Source: Bacteroidaceae bacterium (lineage in GTDB: Bacteria > Bacteroidota > Bacteroidia > Bacteroidales > Bacteroidaceae). From it: a DNA stretch of 45,312 nt. Location: contig JAFOYZ010000104.1 of NCBI GenBank assembly GCA_017424485.1, forward strand, positions 1-45,312, written 5' to 3'. Shown here piece after piece: positions 17,693 through 28,235 of the stretch (the stretch's first letter is position 1; every line of letters starts with the position of its first letter). The notes beneath the pieces are model-generated. The model saw only the letters and a list, made by a program, of their open reading frames with translations, searched no databases and had not been told where the DNA came from. A program made the position numbers and the translations under genes.

Positions 17693-19096
17693 TTAAAAAT
17701 TAGCGTTATTCGGAGTACGGGGGAAGGGAATGACGTCACGAATGTTAGTCATACCGGTCACGAAGAGCAACAGACGCTCGAAGCCGAGGCCGAAGCCTGA
17801 GTGGGGGCATGTTCCGTACTTGCGGGTGTCGAGATACCACCACATGTCCTTCATGGGGATACCCAACTCCTCAACGCGAGTGAGCAACTTATTGTAGTCG
17901 GCCTCACGCTCTGAACCACCGATGATCTCGCCAATCTTGGGGAAGAGCACGTCCATGGCGCGAACGGTCTTGCCATCTTCGTTCTGCTTCATGTAGAAGG
18001 CTTTGATTTCCTTGGGATAGTCGGTGAGGATAACGGGACGCTTGAAGTGCTCCTCCACGAGGTAACGCTCGTGCTCTGAGGCAAGGTCGGCACCCCAGAA
18101 GATGGGGAACTCAAACTTATGACCGTTGGCTACAGCAGCCTCGAGGATCTCAATACCCTGAGTGTAGGGGAGACGTACGAAGTCCTCCTTGATAACACCT
18201 TCGAGACGAGCGATGAGCTCCTTGTCGAACATATCGTTGAGGAACTTTACATCGTCGTAGCAGTGCTCGAGTGCCCAGCGTACGCAGTGCTTGATAAAGT
18301 CCTCGGCGAGCTGCATATTGTCGTAGATATCATTGAAGGCAACCTCGGGCTCGATCATCCAGAACTCAGCGAGGTGACGCGGAGTGTTAGAGTTTTCAGC
18401 ACGGAAGGTAGGACCAAAAGTGTAGATTGCACCCAACGCTGTAGCTGCAAGCTCACCCTCAAGCTGACCTGATACGGTGAGCGAAGCCTGCTTGCCGAAG
18501 AAGTCGTTGTCGTAGTTGATGCTACCATTCTCATCCTTCTTCAAGTCGTAGAGGTTCATCGTGGTCACCTGGAACATCTGACCTGCACCCTCACAGTCCG
18601 AAGCGGTGATGATGGGGGTGTGGAAGTAGTAGAAGCCACGCTCGTGGAAGAACTGGTGAATGGCAATAGCCATGTTGTGACGGATGCGGTACACAGCACC
18701 GAAGGTGTTGGTACGGGGACGGAGGTGGGCAATCTCACGGAGAAACTCCATAGAGTGTCCCTTCTTCTGCAAGGGGTAGGTGTTGTCGCACTCACCCAAC
18801 ACCTCTATCTCGCGTGCCTGAATCTCGGCTGCCTGGCCTGCGCCTACTGACTGCACGAGCTCACCGTTGACGCTGATACATGCACCGGTGGTGATCTTCT
18901 TGAGCATCTCCTCATCGAAATTCTCAAGGTCTACTACGATTTGTATATTCTTGATGGTAGAGCCATCGTTGAGGGCAATAAAGTTGACCTGTTTACTGCC
19001 ACGACGAGTACGTACCCATCCCTTGACGTTGACCATAGCGCCGAAGTCTGTTCGCTGCAAAAGGTCAACAATACGTGTTCTGATGATTGTGTCCAT
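17693..19096 (-). CDS. asnS: Asparagine--tRNA ligase
   Basis: 467 aa, class IIb, with an OB-fold N-terminus, motif 2 ([19 protein letters not shown]) and motif 3 (GFGLGFERL). Confidence 0.92.
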   Translation of the reverse strand: MDTIIRTRIVDLLQRTDFGAMVNVKGWVRTRRGSKQVNFIALNDGSTIKNIQIVVDLENFDEEMLKKITTGACISVNGELVQSVGAGQAAEIQAREIEVLGECDNTYPLQKKGHSMEFLREIAHLRPRTNTFGAVYRIRHNMAIAIHQFFHERGFYYFHTPIITASDCEGAGQMFQVTTMNLYDLKKDENGSINYDNDFFGKQASLTVSGQLEGELAATALGAIYTFGPTFRAENSNTPRHLAEFWMIEPEVAFNDIYDNMQLAEDFIKHCVRWALEHCYDDVKFLNDMFDKELIARLEGVIKEDFVRLPYTQGIEILEAAVANGHKFEFPIFWGADLASEHERYLVEEHFKRPVILTDYPKEIKAFYMKQNEDGKTVRAMDVLFPKIGEIIGGSEREADYNKLLTRVEELGIPMKDMWWYLDTRKYGTCPHSGFGLGFERLLLFVTGMTNIRDVIPFPRTPNNANF

Positions 19097-19109
19097 ATCT
19101 TGTTCTTTT

Positions 19110-19144
19110 AATTGTCAATTGTCAATTATCCATTGTCAATTATT
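19110..19144. repeat. Heptanucleotide array (AATTGTC-type x5) spanning the rluB stop codon
   Basis: Reads aattgtc|aattgtc|aattatc|cattgtc|aattatt. Confidence 0.7.
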
Positions 19145-20552
19145 CATACGCTCCCATTCGTAGCATATTGACCTCCTTTTCGGTAAGGAAACGCCAATCG
19201 CCACGACGAAGATTCTTTTTGGTTAGTCCAGCAAACTGTACGCGATCAAGACGCAACACACGGTAGCCCACAGCCTCGAACATGCGGCGTACGATACGAT
19301 TGCGACCGCTGTGGATCTCTACGCCTACGAGTGACTTATCTGTATCTGAGGTGTAACTAATCTCGTCTGCATGGATTTCACCATCCTCTAACTGTACGCC
19401 ACTAGCCAGTTGGTCCATATCAGCTGCAGTTAGGTTCTTATCGAGACGTACATGGTAGATCTTCTTCTTGAGGAAGCGGGGATGTGTAAGCTTTGAGGCC
19501 AACTCACCATCATTGGTGAGTAGAAGCACACCCGTAGTATTGCGGTCAAGACGACCTACTGGATAGATACGCTCCTTGCAAGCACCCTTCACGAGGTCCA
19601 TCACTGTCTTGCGATCCTGAGGATCCTCAACGGTGGTCACATAATCCTTAGGTTTATTGAGCAGGATATAAATCTTGCGCTCTATACTAATTGTTTGGTC
19701 GTGGAAACGTACTTCATCGCCACGCTTCACTTTGGTTCCGAGCTCGGTTACCACCTGTCCGTTAACAGTCACTACACCAGCAGTAATAAAGTCATCTGCC
19801 TCACGACGCGAACATACACCTGCGTTAGCAAGGTATTTGTTCAGACGAATCGGCTCGTTAGGATCTTTCAACTCCTCACGATACTGTATCTGCTTTTTCT
19901 TACTATACTTATTGTCACCGAAAGCACCCTTCTTCTTGAAGCCTCCTGCTGCGGGACGCTGACCATAGCCACCTTCACGATTGAATCGGGGACGCTGAGC
20001 ATAACCACCCTCATTGCCCTCGCGGTTGTAACGTGGACGGAACGTATTCTCAGCATCAGAGTTCCAAGAGTTGCCTGTTTCAGGACGATCATGGGAAGGA
20101 CGGCTATAGGGTTTGTTCACCGGGCGATAGCTATTGCCCTCACCATCATTGAATCGACGACGGCTATAATCGCTGTTATAGCTATTGCTACGACTATAGG
20201 TACGTTCTCCATTATATGAACGTTCCGAGTTGAATGAACGCTCGCTACCATATTGGCGCTCACCATCGAAGCTACGCTCACGATTAAAACGGGGACGGTT
20301 GCCATCAAAGTTCGGATTGAACGAACTACGTTGAGGGCGCTCTACTCTTGCATAACGAGGTGCACCACCCTCCTCGCGATTGAAACGGGGGCGCTGTGGA
20401 CGTGTAGTACCATCGGTATTTCTCACAAAACGCTGTCTAGGCGCACGGTGACCATCGTTGTTCCAACTGTTTTCGCGGTTGTACGAACTGCGTTCGTTAC
20501 CTCCATTCTCTGATTCGAATCCCTCGAATCGATTTACATTGTCTGTACTCAT
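19140..20552 (-). CDS. rluB: RluB/RsuA-family 23S rRNA pseudouridine synthase with a ~230-aa Arg/Asn/Ser/Gly-rich N-terminal extension
   Basis: The C-terminal half has an S4 domain (IRLNKYLANAGVCSRREAD) and a catalytic GRLDRNTTG motif. The N-terminal half repeats RPRFNRE four times. Confidence 0.85.
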   Translation of the reverse strand: MSTDNVNRFEGFESENGGNERSSYNRENSWNNDGHRAPRQRFVRNTDGTTRPQRPRFNREEGGAPRYARVERPQRSSFNPNFDGNRPRFNRERSFDGERQYGSERSFNSERSYNGERTYSRSNSYNSDYSRRRFNDGEGNSYRPVNKPYSRPSHDRPETGNSWNSDAENTFRPRYNREGNEGGYAQRPRFNREGGYGQRPAAGGFKKKGAFGDNKYSKKKQIQYREELKDPNEPIRLNKYLANAGVCSRREADDFITAGVVTVNGQVVTELGTKVKRGDEVRFHDQTISIERKIYILLNKPKDYVTTVEDPQDRKTVMDLVKGACKERIYPVGRLDRNTTGVLLLTNDGELASKLTHPRFLKKKIYHVRLDKNLTAADMDQLASGVQLEDGEIHADEISYTSDTDKSLVGVEIHSGRNRIVRRMFEAVGYRVLRLDRVQFAGLTKKNLRRGDWRFLTEKEVNMLRMGAYE

Positions 20553-20667
20553 AATGATTTGTTCTTTTCCTGCCTCGCGGCAGATGATTTGTTCCTTTTT
20601 TTAGATTAAGGGCTTGTTAAGGTTCCTAATATTTATGGATTATGAAGCAAACAGCTGTTCGCCTCTG

Positions 20668-20695
20668 TCATCTTTCAACTTTCATCTTTCAACTT
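20668..20695. repeat. Heptanucleotide array TCAWCTT x4
   Basis: Reads tcatctt|tcaactt|tcatctt|tcaactt, immediately 3' of the purB stop. Confidence 0.65.
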
Positions 20696-20698
20696 GGC

Positions 20699-22045
20699 TT
20701 ACACTCCCGTGTAATTCCAAGGGGTAATCTGCTTAAGTTCGGCTTTTACAGCATCACTCACGTCAAGACCTTCGATAAACTCCTGCATAGACTCTGCTGT
20801 CACAGCCGCATTAGTACGTGTGAGAGCCTTAAGCGCCTCGTATGGATTGGGATAAGCCTCACGACGAAGGATAGTCTGTATAGCCTCAGCTGCTACATTC
20901 CAGCTACCCTCGAGGTCGCGACGGATGGCAGCCTCGTTGAGGAGGAGTTTGCCGAGACCTTTAAGTGAACTCTGGATGGCAATGGCAATGTGACCGAAGG
21001 GCACACCCACGTTGCGCAATACGGTCGAGTCGGTAAGGTCGCGCTGCAAGCGGCTGATGGGGAGCTTGCTAGCCAAGTGTTCGAGGATAGCGTTGGCTAT
21101 ACCCAAGTTACCTTCGGCATTCTCGAAGTCAATGGGATTCACCTTGTGGGGCATGGCACTTGAGCCTACCTCACCCGCCTTGATCTTCTGCTTGAAGTAC
21201 TCCATGGAGATGTACTGCCAGAAGTCGCGGTTCATATCAATCATGATGGTATTGATGCGCTTGAGAGCATCAAAAATGCCTGCCAGGAAGTCATAGTTAG
21301 AAATTTGTGTGGTGAACTGTTCACGCTGCAATCCAAGATACTCGCTCACAAAGCGGTTGCCCACAGCCTTCCAGTCATAAGCAGGATAAGCCACGTGATG
21401 AGCATTGTAATTTCCTGTAGCACCACCAAACTTGGCCGTGATAGGACAAGTTTTGAGCACAGCAAGCTGCTGCTCGAGACGGTAAGCAAACACACGCACC
21501 TCCTTACCCAAACGAGTAGGCGAAGCGGGCTGGCCATGAGTTTTGGCAAGCATAGGAATATTGTCCCACTCATCGGCATACGTATTGAGCTGAGCGATGA
21601 GCTGCTCTATGAGAGGATAGTACACATCAGCTAACGCTTCCTTTACGGAAAGGGGCACTGAGGTATTGTTGATGTCCTGTGAGGTTAGGCCAAAGTGAAC
21701 AAACTCCTTGAAGGGTACGAGCGCGGGTTGCTTGTCAAACTGCTCCTTAATGAAGTATTCTACAGCTTTCACATCATGATTGGTAACACTCTCAATCTCC
21801 TTGACACGTGCGGCATCGGCCTCAGAGAAGTTGGTATAGATGCTACGCAAGTAGGGGAAAAGCGCCTTATCCACACCTTGCAATTGAGGCAAGGGAAGCT
21901 CGCAAAGCATGATAAAATACTCGATTTCAACACGTACGCGATAACGAATGAGAGCGTACTCTGAAAAATACTCGGCCAACGCTGCGGTCTTTCCACGATA
22001 ACGGCCGTCAATGGGCGATACTGCTGTAAGGATATCCAAGTTCAT
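20699..22045 (-). CDS. purB: Adenylosuccinate lyase
   Basis: Contains SSAMPHKVNP. I prefer the ATG at 22045 (MNLDILTAVSPIDGRY), which matches the PurB N-terminus. The in-frame ATG at 22093 adds 16 non-conserved residues. Confidence 0.9.
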   Translation of the reverse strand: MNLDILTAVSPIDGRYRGKTAALAEYFSEYALIRYRVRVEIEYFIMLCELPLPQLQGVDKALFPYLRSIYTNFSEADAARVKEIESVTNHDVKAVEYFIKEQFDKQPALVPFKEFVHFGLTSQDINNTSVPLSVKEALADVYYPLIEQLIAQLNTYADEWDNIPMLAKTHGQPASPTRLGKEVRVFAYRLEQQLAVLKTCPITAKFGGATGNYNAHHVAYPAYDWKAVGNRFVSEYLGLQREQFTTQISNYDFLAGIFDALKRINTIMIDMNRDFWQYISMEYFKQKIKAGEVGSSAMPHKVNPIDFENAEGNLGIANAILEHLASKLPISRLQRDLTDSTVLRNVGVPFGHIAIAIQSSLKGLGKLLLNEAAIRRDLEGSWNVAAEAIQTILRREAYPNPYEALKALTRTNAAVTAESMQEFIEGLDVSDAVKAELKQITPWNYTGV

Positions 22046-22129
22046 AATAGTCTTGAAAATGATGGTTATTTCATGTCTTGCCAATTCATTCAAAAGGGCA
22101 GCGCATCACTGCATGCCATTTTGAGCCTA

Positions 22130-22137
22130 CAAAGTTA
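22130..22137 (-). promoter_or_regulatory. -7 box TAACTTTG for purB
   Basis: Minus strand reads TAACTTTGTAG. Confidence 0.45.
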
Positions 22138-22263
22138 AGCTTTTTTATCCATATAACGCGCGTCAAAAATAAAAAGTTTGTTATAAAGGCTCGTTTATCC
22201 GAAAGTTAGGTTATTTCCTCATCATAAAACACAATTCATGACCCATAATTCATAATAAATTTG

Positions 22264-22271
22264 TACCTTCG
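22264..22271 (+). promoter_or_regulatory. -7 box TACCTTCG for dnaG
   Basis: TACCTTCGCAAG lies 26 nt upstream of the ATG at 22298. Confidence 0.45.
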
Positions 22272-22297
22272 CAAGACGAAGTCTAAATGCACCACCA

Positions 22298-24337
22298 ATG
22301 ATTGATCAAGCGACCATAGACCGTATCATGGATGCCGCACAGATTGAGGATGTGGTATCGGAGTTTGTTACCCTGAGGCGACGAGGCGTTAACCTGGTCG
22401 GCCTATGTCCGTTCCATGACGACAAAACGCCCTCTTTCTATGTATCGCCCGCCAAAGGTTTGTGCAAATGCTTCAGCTGTGGCAAGGGAGGCAATGTGGC
22501 GCATTTCATCATGGAGCACGAGCAGCTCAACTACTACGAGGCGATGAAATGGCTTGCCAAGAAATATGGCATCGAGGTCAAAGAACGTGAGCTCTCCAAC
22601 GAGGAAAAGCTGGCACAAAGCGTACGCGAGAGCCTCTTCCTTGTGAACAACTTTGCCAACAACTATTTCCAGGACATTCTGCACAACCATCGCGATGGGC
22701 AAGCCATCGGCATGAACTATTTCCGCCAGCGCGGTTTCCGCGACGATATCATCAAGAAGTTCCAACTGGGCTTCAGTACGGAGAGTCGCGATGCACTATA
22801 TCAGGAGGCCAAGAAGAAGGGTTTCAATACCGACTATTTAGTAAAGACAGGCCTCTGCTACACCCGCGACGACGGACAGGTACGCGACCGTTTCTGGGGC
22901 CGTGTGATATTCCCCGTACACACTCTCTCGGGTAAAGTGGTAGCTTTCGGAGGCCGCGTGCTCAACACAGCAGATAAGAAGGTTGCCAAGTATGTCAACT
23001 CTCCCGAATCGGAAATCTATCATAAGAGCCGCGAACTCTACGGCATATACTTTGCCAAGCAGGCTATCGTGAAGCAAGACAAGTGCTTCCTCGTCGAAGG
23101 ATACACCGACGTCATATCCATGCACCAGGCTGGGGTTGAGAATGTGGTTGCATCATCGGGCACCTCACTCACTTCAGGGCAGATACGTATGATACACCGC
23201 TTCACCAACAACATCACCGTGCTTTACGATGGCGACTGGGCGGGTATCAAAGCATCGCTGCGAGGTATCGACATGCTGCTCGAAGAGGGAATGAACATTA
23301 AGGTCATGCTACTCCCCGACGGCGATGACCCTGACAGCTTTGCCCGCAAGCACAACGCCACAGAGTTTCAAGAGTATATAGCAGCACATGAGGTAGACTT
23401 CATCCGCTTTAAGACCAACCTCCTGATGACTGACGCCAAGGGCGATCCCTATAAACGTTCTGAAGTAATCAAGGATATCGTAAAGAGCATCGCAGTCATC
23501 CCAGAAGCTATCGTACGCTCCGAATATATCAAAGAGTGTAGTCAGATGTTACACGTAGAGGAGCGCATACTTGTAAGCGAAGTGGCAAAGTTGAAGAAAG
23601 AGAAGGAAGACTCTTCCACCACACAAAGAAGAGACGAAGCAAGCAGCACAACCACTCCATCTCCAACAGAGCCATCAGGCAATCAAGGAGAAGAGGGAAC
23701 ACACGCCTCCAGCCCCACAGGAAACCCTAAAGCACCTTCCGCCACCGAGAGCAAAGAAGACCATACAGCACAGGCCCTATGGACTAGCAATCCTCTATAC
23801 ACCAAGGAACAGCTCATCATCCAGCAATTGATACGTCACGGAGAGAAGGTGATGTTTATAGATGAGGAGACAGGCACCGAAGTGACCGTAACCGAATACG
23901 TAGTGTCAGAACTTGATTTAGACGGCATCACCTTCAGCACGCCGTTATTTGCAGAGGTCTTACGGGAACTAAGACAGCACATCGGCACCCCTGGGTTTAT
24001 AGCCGAACGATATTTCATTGGACATGCACAGCCCACACTAAGCCGCCTTGCTGCAGACCTTGTAGAGGAAAAATATCAGTTAAGCAAATATCATTCGAAG
24101 ACACAATCTGTGATCAAGGAAGCCGACCGCCTACACGAGATCATGCCACACCTGCTCGGCGACTACAAAATGGCCATCGTAGATATGGAATTAAAAGAAA
24201 CCCAGAACCAACTACGACAACCCGCCGTGATGAATGACCCCGCCCTATGCATGGAGACCATGGCTCGCTACAAGCAGTTGATGGAAGCAAGAAAAGCGAT
24301 GGCCAAAATCCTTGGCGATCGAGTGATTGGCGCATAA
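22298..24337 (+). CDS. dnaG: DNA primase
   Basis: 679 aa with a zinc ribbon (CPFHDDKTPSF..CFSCGKGG), a TOPRIM domain (EGYTDV..DGDWAG) and a Ser/Thr/Pro-rich linker before the C-terminal domain. Confidence 0.9.
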   Translation: MIDQATIDRIMDAAQIEDVVSEFVTLRRRGVNLVGLCPFHDDKTPSFYVSPAKGLCKCFSCGKGGNVAHFIMEHEQLNYYEAMKWLAKKYGIEVKERELSNEEKLAQSVRESLFLVNNFANNYFQDILHNHRDGQAIGMNYFRQRGFRDDIIKKFQLGFSTESRDALYQEAKKKGFNTDYLVKTGLCYTRDDGQVRDRFWGRVIFPVHTLSGKVVAFGGRVLNTADKKVAKYVNSPESEIYHKSRELYGIYFAKQAIVKQDKCFLVEGYTDVISMHQAGVENVVASSGTSLTSGQIRMIHRFTNNITVLYDGDWAGIKASLRGIDMLLEEGMNIKVMLLPDGDDPDSFARKHNATEFQEYIAAHEVDFIRFKTNLLMTDAKGDPYKRSEVIKDIVKSIAVIPEAIVRSEYIKECSQMLHVEERILVSEVAKLKKEKEDSSTTQRRDEASSTTTPSPTEPSGNQGEEGTHASSPTGNPKAPSATESKEDHTAQALWTSNPLYTKEQLIIQQLIRHGEKVMFIDEETGTEVTVTEYVVSELDLDGITFSTPLFAEVLRELRQHIGTPGFIAERYFIGHAQPTLSRLAADLVEEKYQLSKYHSKTQSVIKEADRLHEIMPHLLGDYKMAIVDMELKETQNQLRQPAVMNDPALCMETMARYKQLMEARKAMAKILGDRVIGA

Positions 24338-24398
24338 GGCCAAGCCCCACACGCGTACATTATATATAACATTTTATGATTTGGCCTCGGCTACGACA

Positions 24399-24989
24399 TT
24401 AGCCGCGGATAAGATTCATAAACTCCTCACGAGTCTTGGCCTGATTGAAGGCGCCTGTAAAGTCCGAAGTCGTGGTGATTGAGTTTTGTTTCTCCACACC
24501 ACGCATCTGCATACACATGTGCTGAGCCTCTACTACCACCATCACGCCTAACGGGTTAAGGGTTTCTTGTATACACTCCTTGATTTGCAGCGTCATACGC
24601 TCCTGCACCTGCAATCGGTGCGAAAAGATATCGACAACACGAGCAATTTTACTCAGTCCCGTGATGTACCCATTGGGGATATACGCCACGTGTACCTTAC
24701 CAAAGAAAGGCAACATGTGATGTTCACAAAGCGAATAGAAATCAATATTTTTCACGATGACCATCTGGCTATAATCCTCCTTAAACTTAGCCGAGTTAAG
24801 TACGGCCTTCGGATCCATACGATAGCCACGAGTAAGAGTTTGCATAGCTCGCGCCACTCTCTGAGGAGTCTTCACCAGACCTTCCCGTTCAGCATCCTCG
24901 CCTAGCAGGCCCAATATCTGGCGGTAGTGTTCTTCCAACTCGGGATTACGTTCGTCAATAGGATAGTTGCCCGGATTCTCCATCATCAT
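24399..24989 (-). CDS. folE: GTP cyclohydrolase I
   Basis: 196 aa with CEHHMLPF and [10 protein letters not shown] motifs. Confidence 0.9.
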   Translation of the reverse strand: MMMENPGNYPIDERNPELEEHYRQILGLLGEDAEREGLVKTPQRVARAMQTLTRGYRMDPKAVLNSAKFKEDYSQMVIVKNIDFYSLCEHHMLPFFGKVHVAYIPNGYITGLSKIARVVDIFSHRLQVQERMTLQIKECIQETLNPLGVMVVVEAQHMCMQMRGVEKQNSITTTSDFTGAFNQAKTREEFMNLIRG

Positions 24990-25438
24990 AGCGTAATATT
25001 GATCAATTGGTTAGGGAGGATCGCGATTTCTTTGAAGTTGCCCGATTTCTTGAGCATACGCATCACTTGGTCAGCCTCTTCGATTGTCTTATAGTCGCCC
25101 ACACGGCACACCCACCTAGGCGCCACGAACTCGGCATACACTGGGATTTCGGGATGGTTACTCTTTACATATTGGGCTGCCTTCTGAGCCTCCTCCTTAG
25201 CATATCGCGTATTGCCACCAGCATAAATCTGTATGCGATAACCCACTGTTTGCAGCTTCTTCCCTCTATTCAAGGACGGATTATACACCATACCTAACAA
25301 GGCATTTAGGCGTGCATCCTGATGGACAGTAATCACACCCTCTCCTGGCACTACTTGTTCGAGCCGGTCTACGATGTTATCCTGTGCCACAAGCGGCAAG
25401 CTGACCAAAGTCAGCAGCAATACACAAAGTTGTTTCAT
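24986..25438 (-). CDS. SPOR-domain (peptidoglycan-binding) protein
   Basis: 150 aa with a signal peptide and a C-terminal SPOR-like repeat ([10 protein letters not shown]...[11 protein letters not shown]). Its stop overlaps the folE start by 4 nt. Confidence 0.65.
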   Translation of the reverse strand: MKQLCVLLLTLVSLPLVAQDNIVDRLEQVVPGEGVITVHQDARLNALLGMVYNPSLNRGKKLQTVGYRIQIYAGGNTRYAKEEAQKAAQYVKSNHPEIPVYAEFVAPRWVCRVGDYKTIEEADQVMRMLKKSGNFKEIAILPNQLINITL

Positions 25439-25442
25439 AATG

Positions 25443-25490
25443 ATAAAATAGAGAGAAGCTCGGGAGTCTGCATGCTGCTCCCTGAGCTTC
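25443..25490 (-). terminator. Candidate terminator after tpiA
   Basis: Minus strand GAAGCTCAGGGAG-11 nt-CTCCCGAGCTTC (one bulge) followed by TCTCTATTTTAT. Confidence 0.5.
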
Positions 25491-25500
25491 TTAGAATTGA

Positions 25501-26262
25501 TTAAGCCTTGAATGCATCAATGATGCCCTTGAAATCTTCCACCTTCAGTGCAGCGCCACCAATGAGGCCACCATCAACGTCGGGATTAGCGAAGAGTTCC
25601 TTAGCATTTGAAGGTTTGCAGCTACCACCATAGAGAATAGAGGTGTTATCAGCTACTTCCTTACCAAACTGCTTAGCAATCACTGAACGGATATAGGCAT
25701 GAATTTCCTGAGCCTGCTCTGCTGTAGCGGTCTTACCTGTACCGATAGCCCAAACGGGTTCATAAGCGAGTACAATCTTAGAGAAGTCCTCAGCTGAGAG
25801 ACCAAAGAGAGAACCTTCAAGCTGATTGTAAACCACCTCATTCTGCTTACCAGCCTCACGCTCCTCGAGCACTTCACCAATACAGAAGATAGGAGTCAGA
25901 CCATTAGCCAAGGCCAAGAGCACCTTCTCCTTAAGGATCTCGGGAGTCTCACCATAGTAAGCACGACGCTCTGAGTGACCCAAGATTACATACTGAGCAC
26001 CAGTAGAAGCAACCATAGCGGCAGACACCTCACCAGTATAAGCGCCAGAAGCCTTGTCTGCGCAGTTCTCAGCACCTACAGCAATAATACCCTTGTCAAC
26101 GATAGGGGTTACCGATGCCAAGTGGATGAACGGAGTGCAGATGATAACCTCGCAGTTGGGCTTGTCAGCTGTCAAAGCCTCGTTCAACTCAGTAGCCAAA
26201 GCAATACCCTCCTGGAGAGTCTTATTCATTTTCCAGTTTCCTGCTACAATGTTCTTTCTCAT
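25501..26262 (-). CDS. tpiA: Triose-phosphate isomerase
   Basis: 253 aa with NWKMN, GHSERR and [11 protein letters not shown] motifs. Confidence 0.93.
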   Translation of the reverse strand: MRKNIVAGNWKMNKTLQEGIALATELNEALTADKPNCEVIICTPFIHLASVTPIVDKGIIAVGAENCADKASGAYTGEVSAAMVASTGAQYVILGHSERRAYYGETPEILKEKVLLALANGLTPIFCIGEVLEEREAGKQNEVVYNQLEGSLFGLSAEDFSKIVLAYEPVWAIGTGKTATAEQAQEIHAYIRSVIAKQFGKEVADNTSILYGGSCKPSNAKELFANPDVDGGLIGGAALKVEDFKGIIDAFKA

Positions 26263-26321
26263 TTTCTTTTGAATTAAATAGTTAATATGATTTTCGTATA
26301 TTCAGTTTTGTTATCAAGGTG

Positions 26322-26329
26322 CAAAGTTA
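26322..26329 (-). promoter_or_regulatory. -7 box TAACTTTG for tpiA
   Basis: Minus strand reads TAACTTTGCAC, 59 nt upstream of the ATG at 26262. Confidence 0.45.
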
Positions 26330-26441
26330 CATAAAAGCGAGCGAATAAACAAGGATTTTAAATATAGCCAACACGAAAGGCCCTTCTACTACACCTCAGA
26401 GACAGACGATTATAAAATCACGTTACAGATAAACCCGCCTA

Positions 26442-27710
26442 TTATCCCCTACTCTTTCCGCCTACCCGATCAATAGCCACTAGCAGCAATAGCGGGAATA
26501 GCATCCAAAAAGCCGTAGCCACACGCCGTGCTGCCGTCTCATGCGATGACACAGTCAATGCAGCATTATCCTCGATACGCACACTGAGTTGTTCGTCACG
26601 TGGCATATCGATGGCACTCCATTTACCCACGATAGTAGCCTCTTTAAGGACTATTAGCCCAGGGTTAGCTCTGACCATGGTCTTGAGCAAGATATCATCT
26701 GCATTCAAGTAAGGATAGGAGGCTCCAGTACGTTCTGTCCATTGCGCTATAGACTGAGCATTTGACGATGTCAGCATATAGAACTGATGACCACCTACCT
26801 TAGCATAGTCGTACAGATCATTGATAACGTCAAGCATTCCTTCGTTTGCTCGCCTGAGTTCATGCGACACCACAAGGAAAGTATAGCCTGGATAATCCAG
26901 CACCTCCCAAGTCACATCCTCTCCTTCAAGCGTCGAAAGATGAAAATCTGCAATGGGAGGCACATACCCCTGACGCACCAGACGACTTTCACGCTTCACA
27001 AAGGTCCACGTAGAATCAGGATAGTCATCAAAAGTAAACGTACGCTGCTCCCCATCCTTCTCCAGCACAAAAAGGGTCTCATATTCATCTTGCGGTGCAT
27101 CTTCAGGTATCGTCATTCCCTCAATCAAGTTGGTACCGATTGCATAAGGGCGGAAGTCCAACACAGGCAAATGCCTCATATTATACCGCATAAATACAGC
27201 AATAGCCACCAAGGCATACACAAAAATCAGCCACTGAGTTCGCTCCGAGATCACCCGCCAGATACGTTTGTGGCATCTCAGCACCACGATAGCCATAAGG
27301 AGTAGTACAACGTTCTTCCCGAAAGTTTGCCAGTTGGTCAACACCAAAGCATCACCAAAGCAACCACAATCACTTACAGGATTTGTCAGCGCCAGCACCA
27401 ACGTCAATGGAGTCATCACTCCAAGGAAAGCAATCATCAGCCAAAGATAGAAGCGCCGATACAGACCAAAGAACAGCGCCACACCCATCACATACTCTAC
27501 TATGATTAAGAGCCATGCACCCAACAACAGCATCCATGGATGCATAGTCAAGCCAAAGGCATCCGCATAGTCGGCCATCTTATACACAGTACCCATAGGG
27601 TCAACAGCCTTCACGAATCCAGAGAAAGCAAACACTAAAGCCAGCGCAAAGCGCAAGGCGTTAATGGTGACACCTGATGCTATGTTAGCAGATTTATTCT
27701 CCAAAGTCAA
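26442..27710 (-). CDS. Membrane protein with an N-terminal DoxX/MauE-like multi-TM domain and a C-terminal thioredoxin-fold-like domain (the family found next to tpiA in Bacteroidales)
   Basis: 422 aa. The start at 27710 is TTG with no nearby in-frame ATG, so the start is uncertain. It overlaps the upstream gene's stop by 17 nt. Confidence 0.6.
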   Translation of the reverse strand: MTLENKSANIASGVTINALRFALALVFAFSGFVKAVDPMGTVYKMADYADAFGLTMHPWMLLLGAWLLIIVEYVMGVALFFGLYRRFYLWLMIAFLGVMTPLTLVLALTNPVSDCGCFGDALVLTNWQTFGKNVVLLLMAIVVLRCHKRIWRVISERTQWLIFVYALVAIAVFMRYNMRHLPVLDFRPYAIGTNLIEGMTIPEDAPQDEYETLFVLEKDGEQRTFTFDDYPDSTWTFVKRESRLVRQGYVPPIADFHLSTLEGEDVTWEVLDYPGYTFLVVSHELRRANEGMLDVINDLYDYAKVGGHQFYMLTSSNAQSIAQWTERTGASYPYLNADDILLKTMVRANPGLIVLKEATIVGKWSAIDMPRDEQLSVRIEDNAALTVSSHETAARRVATAFWMLFPLLLLVAIDRVGGKSRG

Positions 27711-28233
27711 TCTTTATCAGTCCAAATACCGAATAGTTTATCATATCCATATAGTTGGCATCCACACCTTCCGATACAAGTGTTTGCCCCTCATTGCTTT
27801 CAATCTGCTTAGTCCGATATATCTTCATCAATATCAGGTCCGTATACGAACTGATACGCATGCTACGCCAAGCCTCATCATAGTCATGATTCTTGGCTTT
27901 CATCAGATTCAAGGCCTTAGTAGCATATTCATCATACTTAGCCAATGCCACCTCAGGAGACATGTCGTCAGCCTCTGCATAGCCCAATTCGAGCTGAATG
28001 AGAGCTATAATTCCATAGTTCACAATACCTATAAACTCCGACCGTATGCCTTCATCAACCATCGTCTCACCTTTAGTCTCAATGCTACGTATGCGATTAG
28101 CTTTGATAAAGATCTGATCAGTAACCGAGGTGGGACGCATGATACGCCATGCAGCACCATAGTCTTTCAATTTTTTAGCAAATAGATCACGACACGTTGC
28201 GATGATCTGTTCGAATTGTCTGTTTGTATCCAT
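27694..28233 (-). CDS. DUF1599-family protein with an internal duplication
   Basis: Two similar halves (AWRIMRPTSVTDQIFIKANRIRSIE and AWRSMRISSYTDLILMKIYRTKQIE). I prefer the ATG at 28233 (MDTNRQFEQII). The track's start at 28275 translates the heptamer repeat array. Confidence 0.65.
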   Translation of the reverse strand: MDTNRQFEQIIATCRDLFAKKLKDYGAAWRIMRPTSVTDQIFIKANRIRSIETKGETMVDEGIRSEFIGIVNYGIIALIQLELGYAEADDMSPEVALAKYDEYATKALNLMKAKNHDYDEAWRSMRISSYTDLILMKIYRTKQIESNEGQTLVSEGVDANYMDMINYSVFGLIKIDFGE

Positions 28234-28235
28234 AG

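Noticed and set aside
22046-22093. 16-codon N-terminal extension of purB (MNELARHEITIIFKTI).
   Set aside because: PurB homologues begin at the MNLDILTAVSPIDGRY-type sequence. The extension is AT-rich leader sequence, although use of the upstream ATG cannot be excluded without data.
24338-24398. Possible terminator between dnaG and folE (GGCCAA ... TTGGCC).
   Set aside because: Only a 6-bp stem with a ~35-nt loop and no T-run, which is too weak to call.
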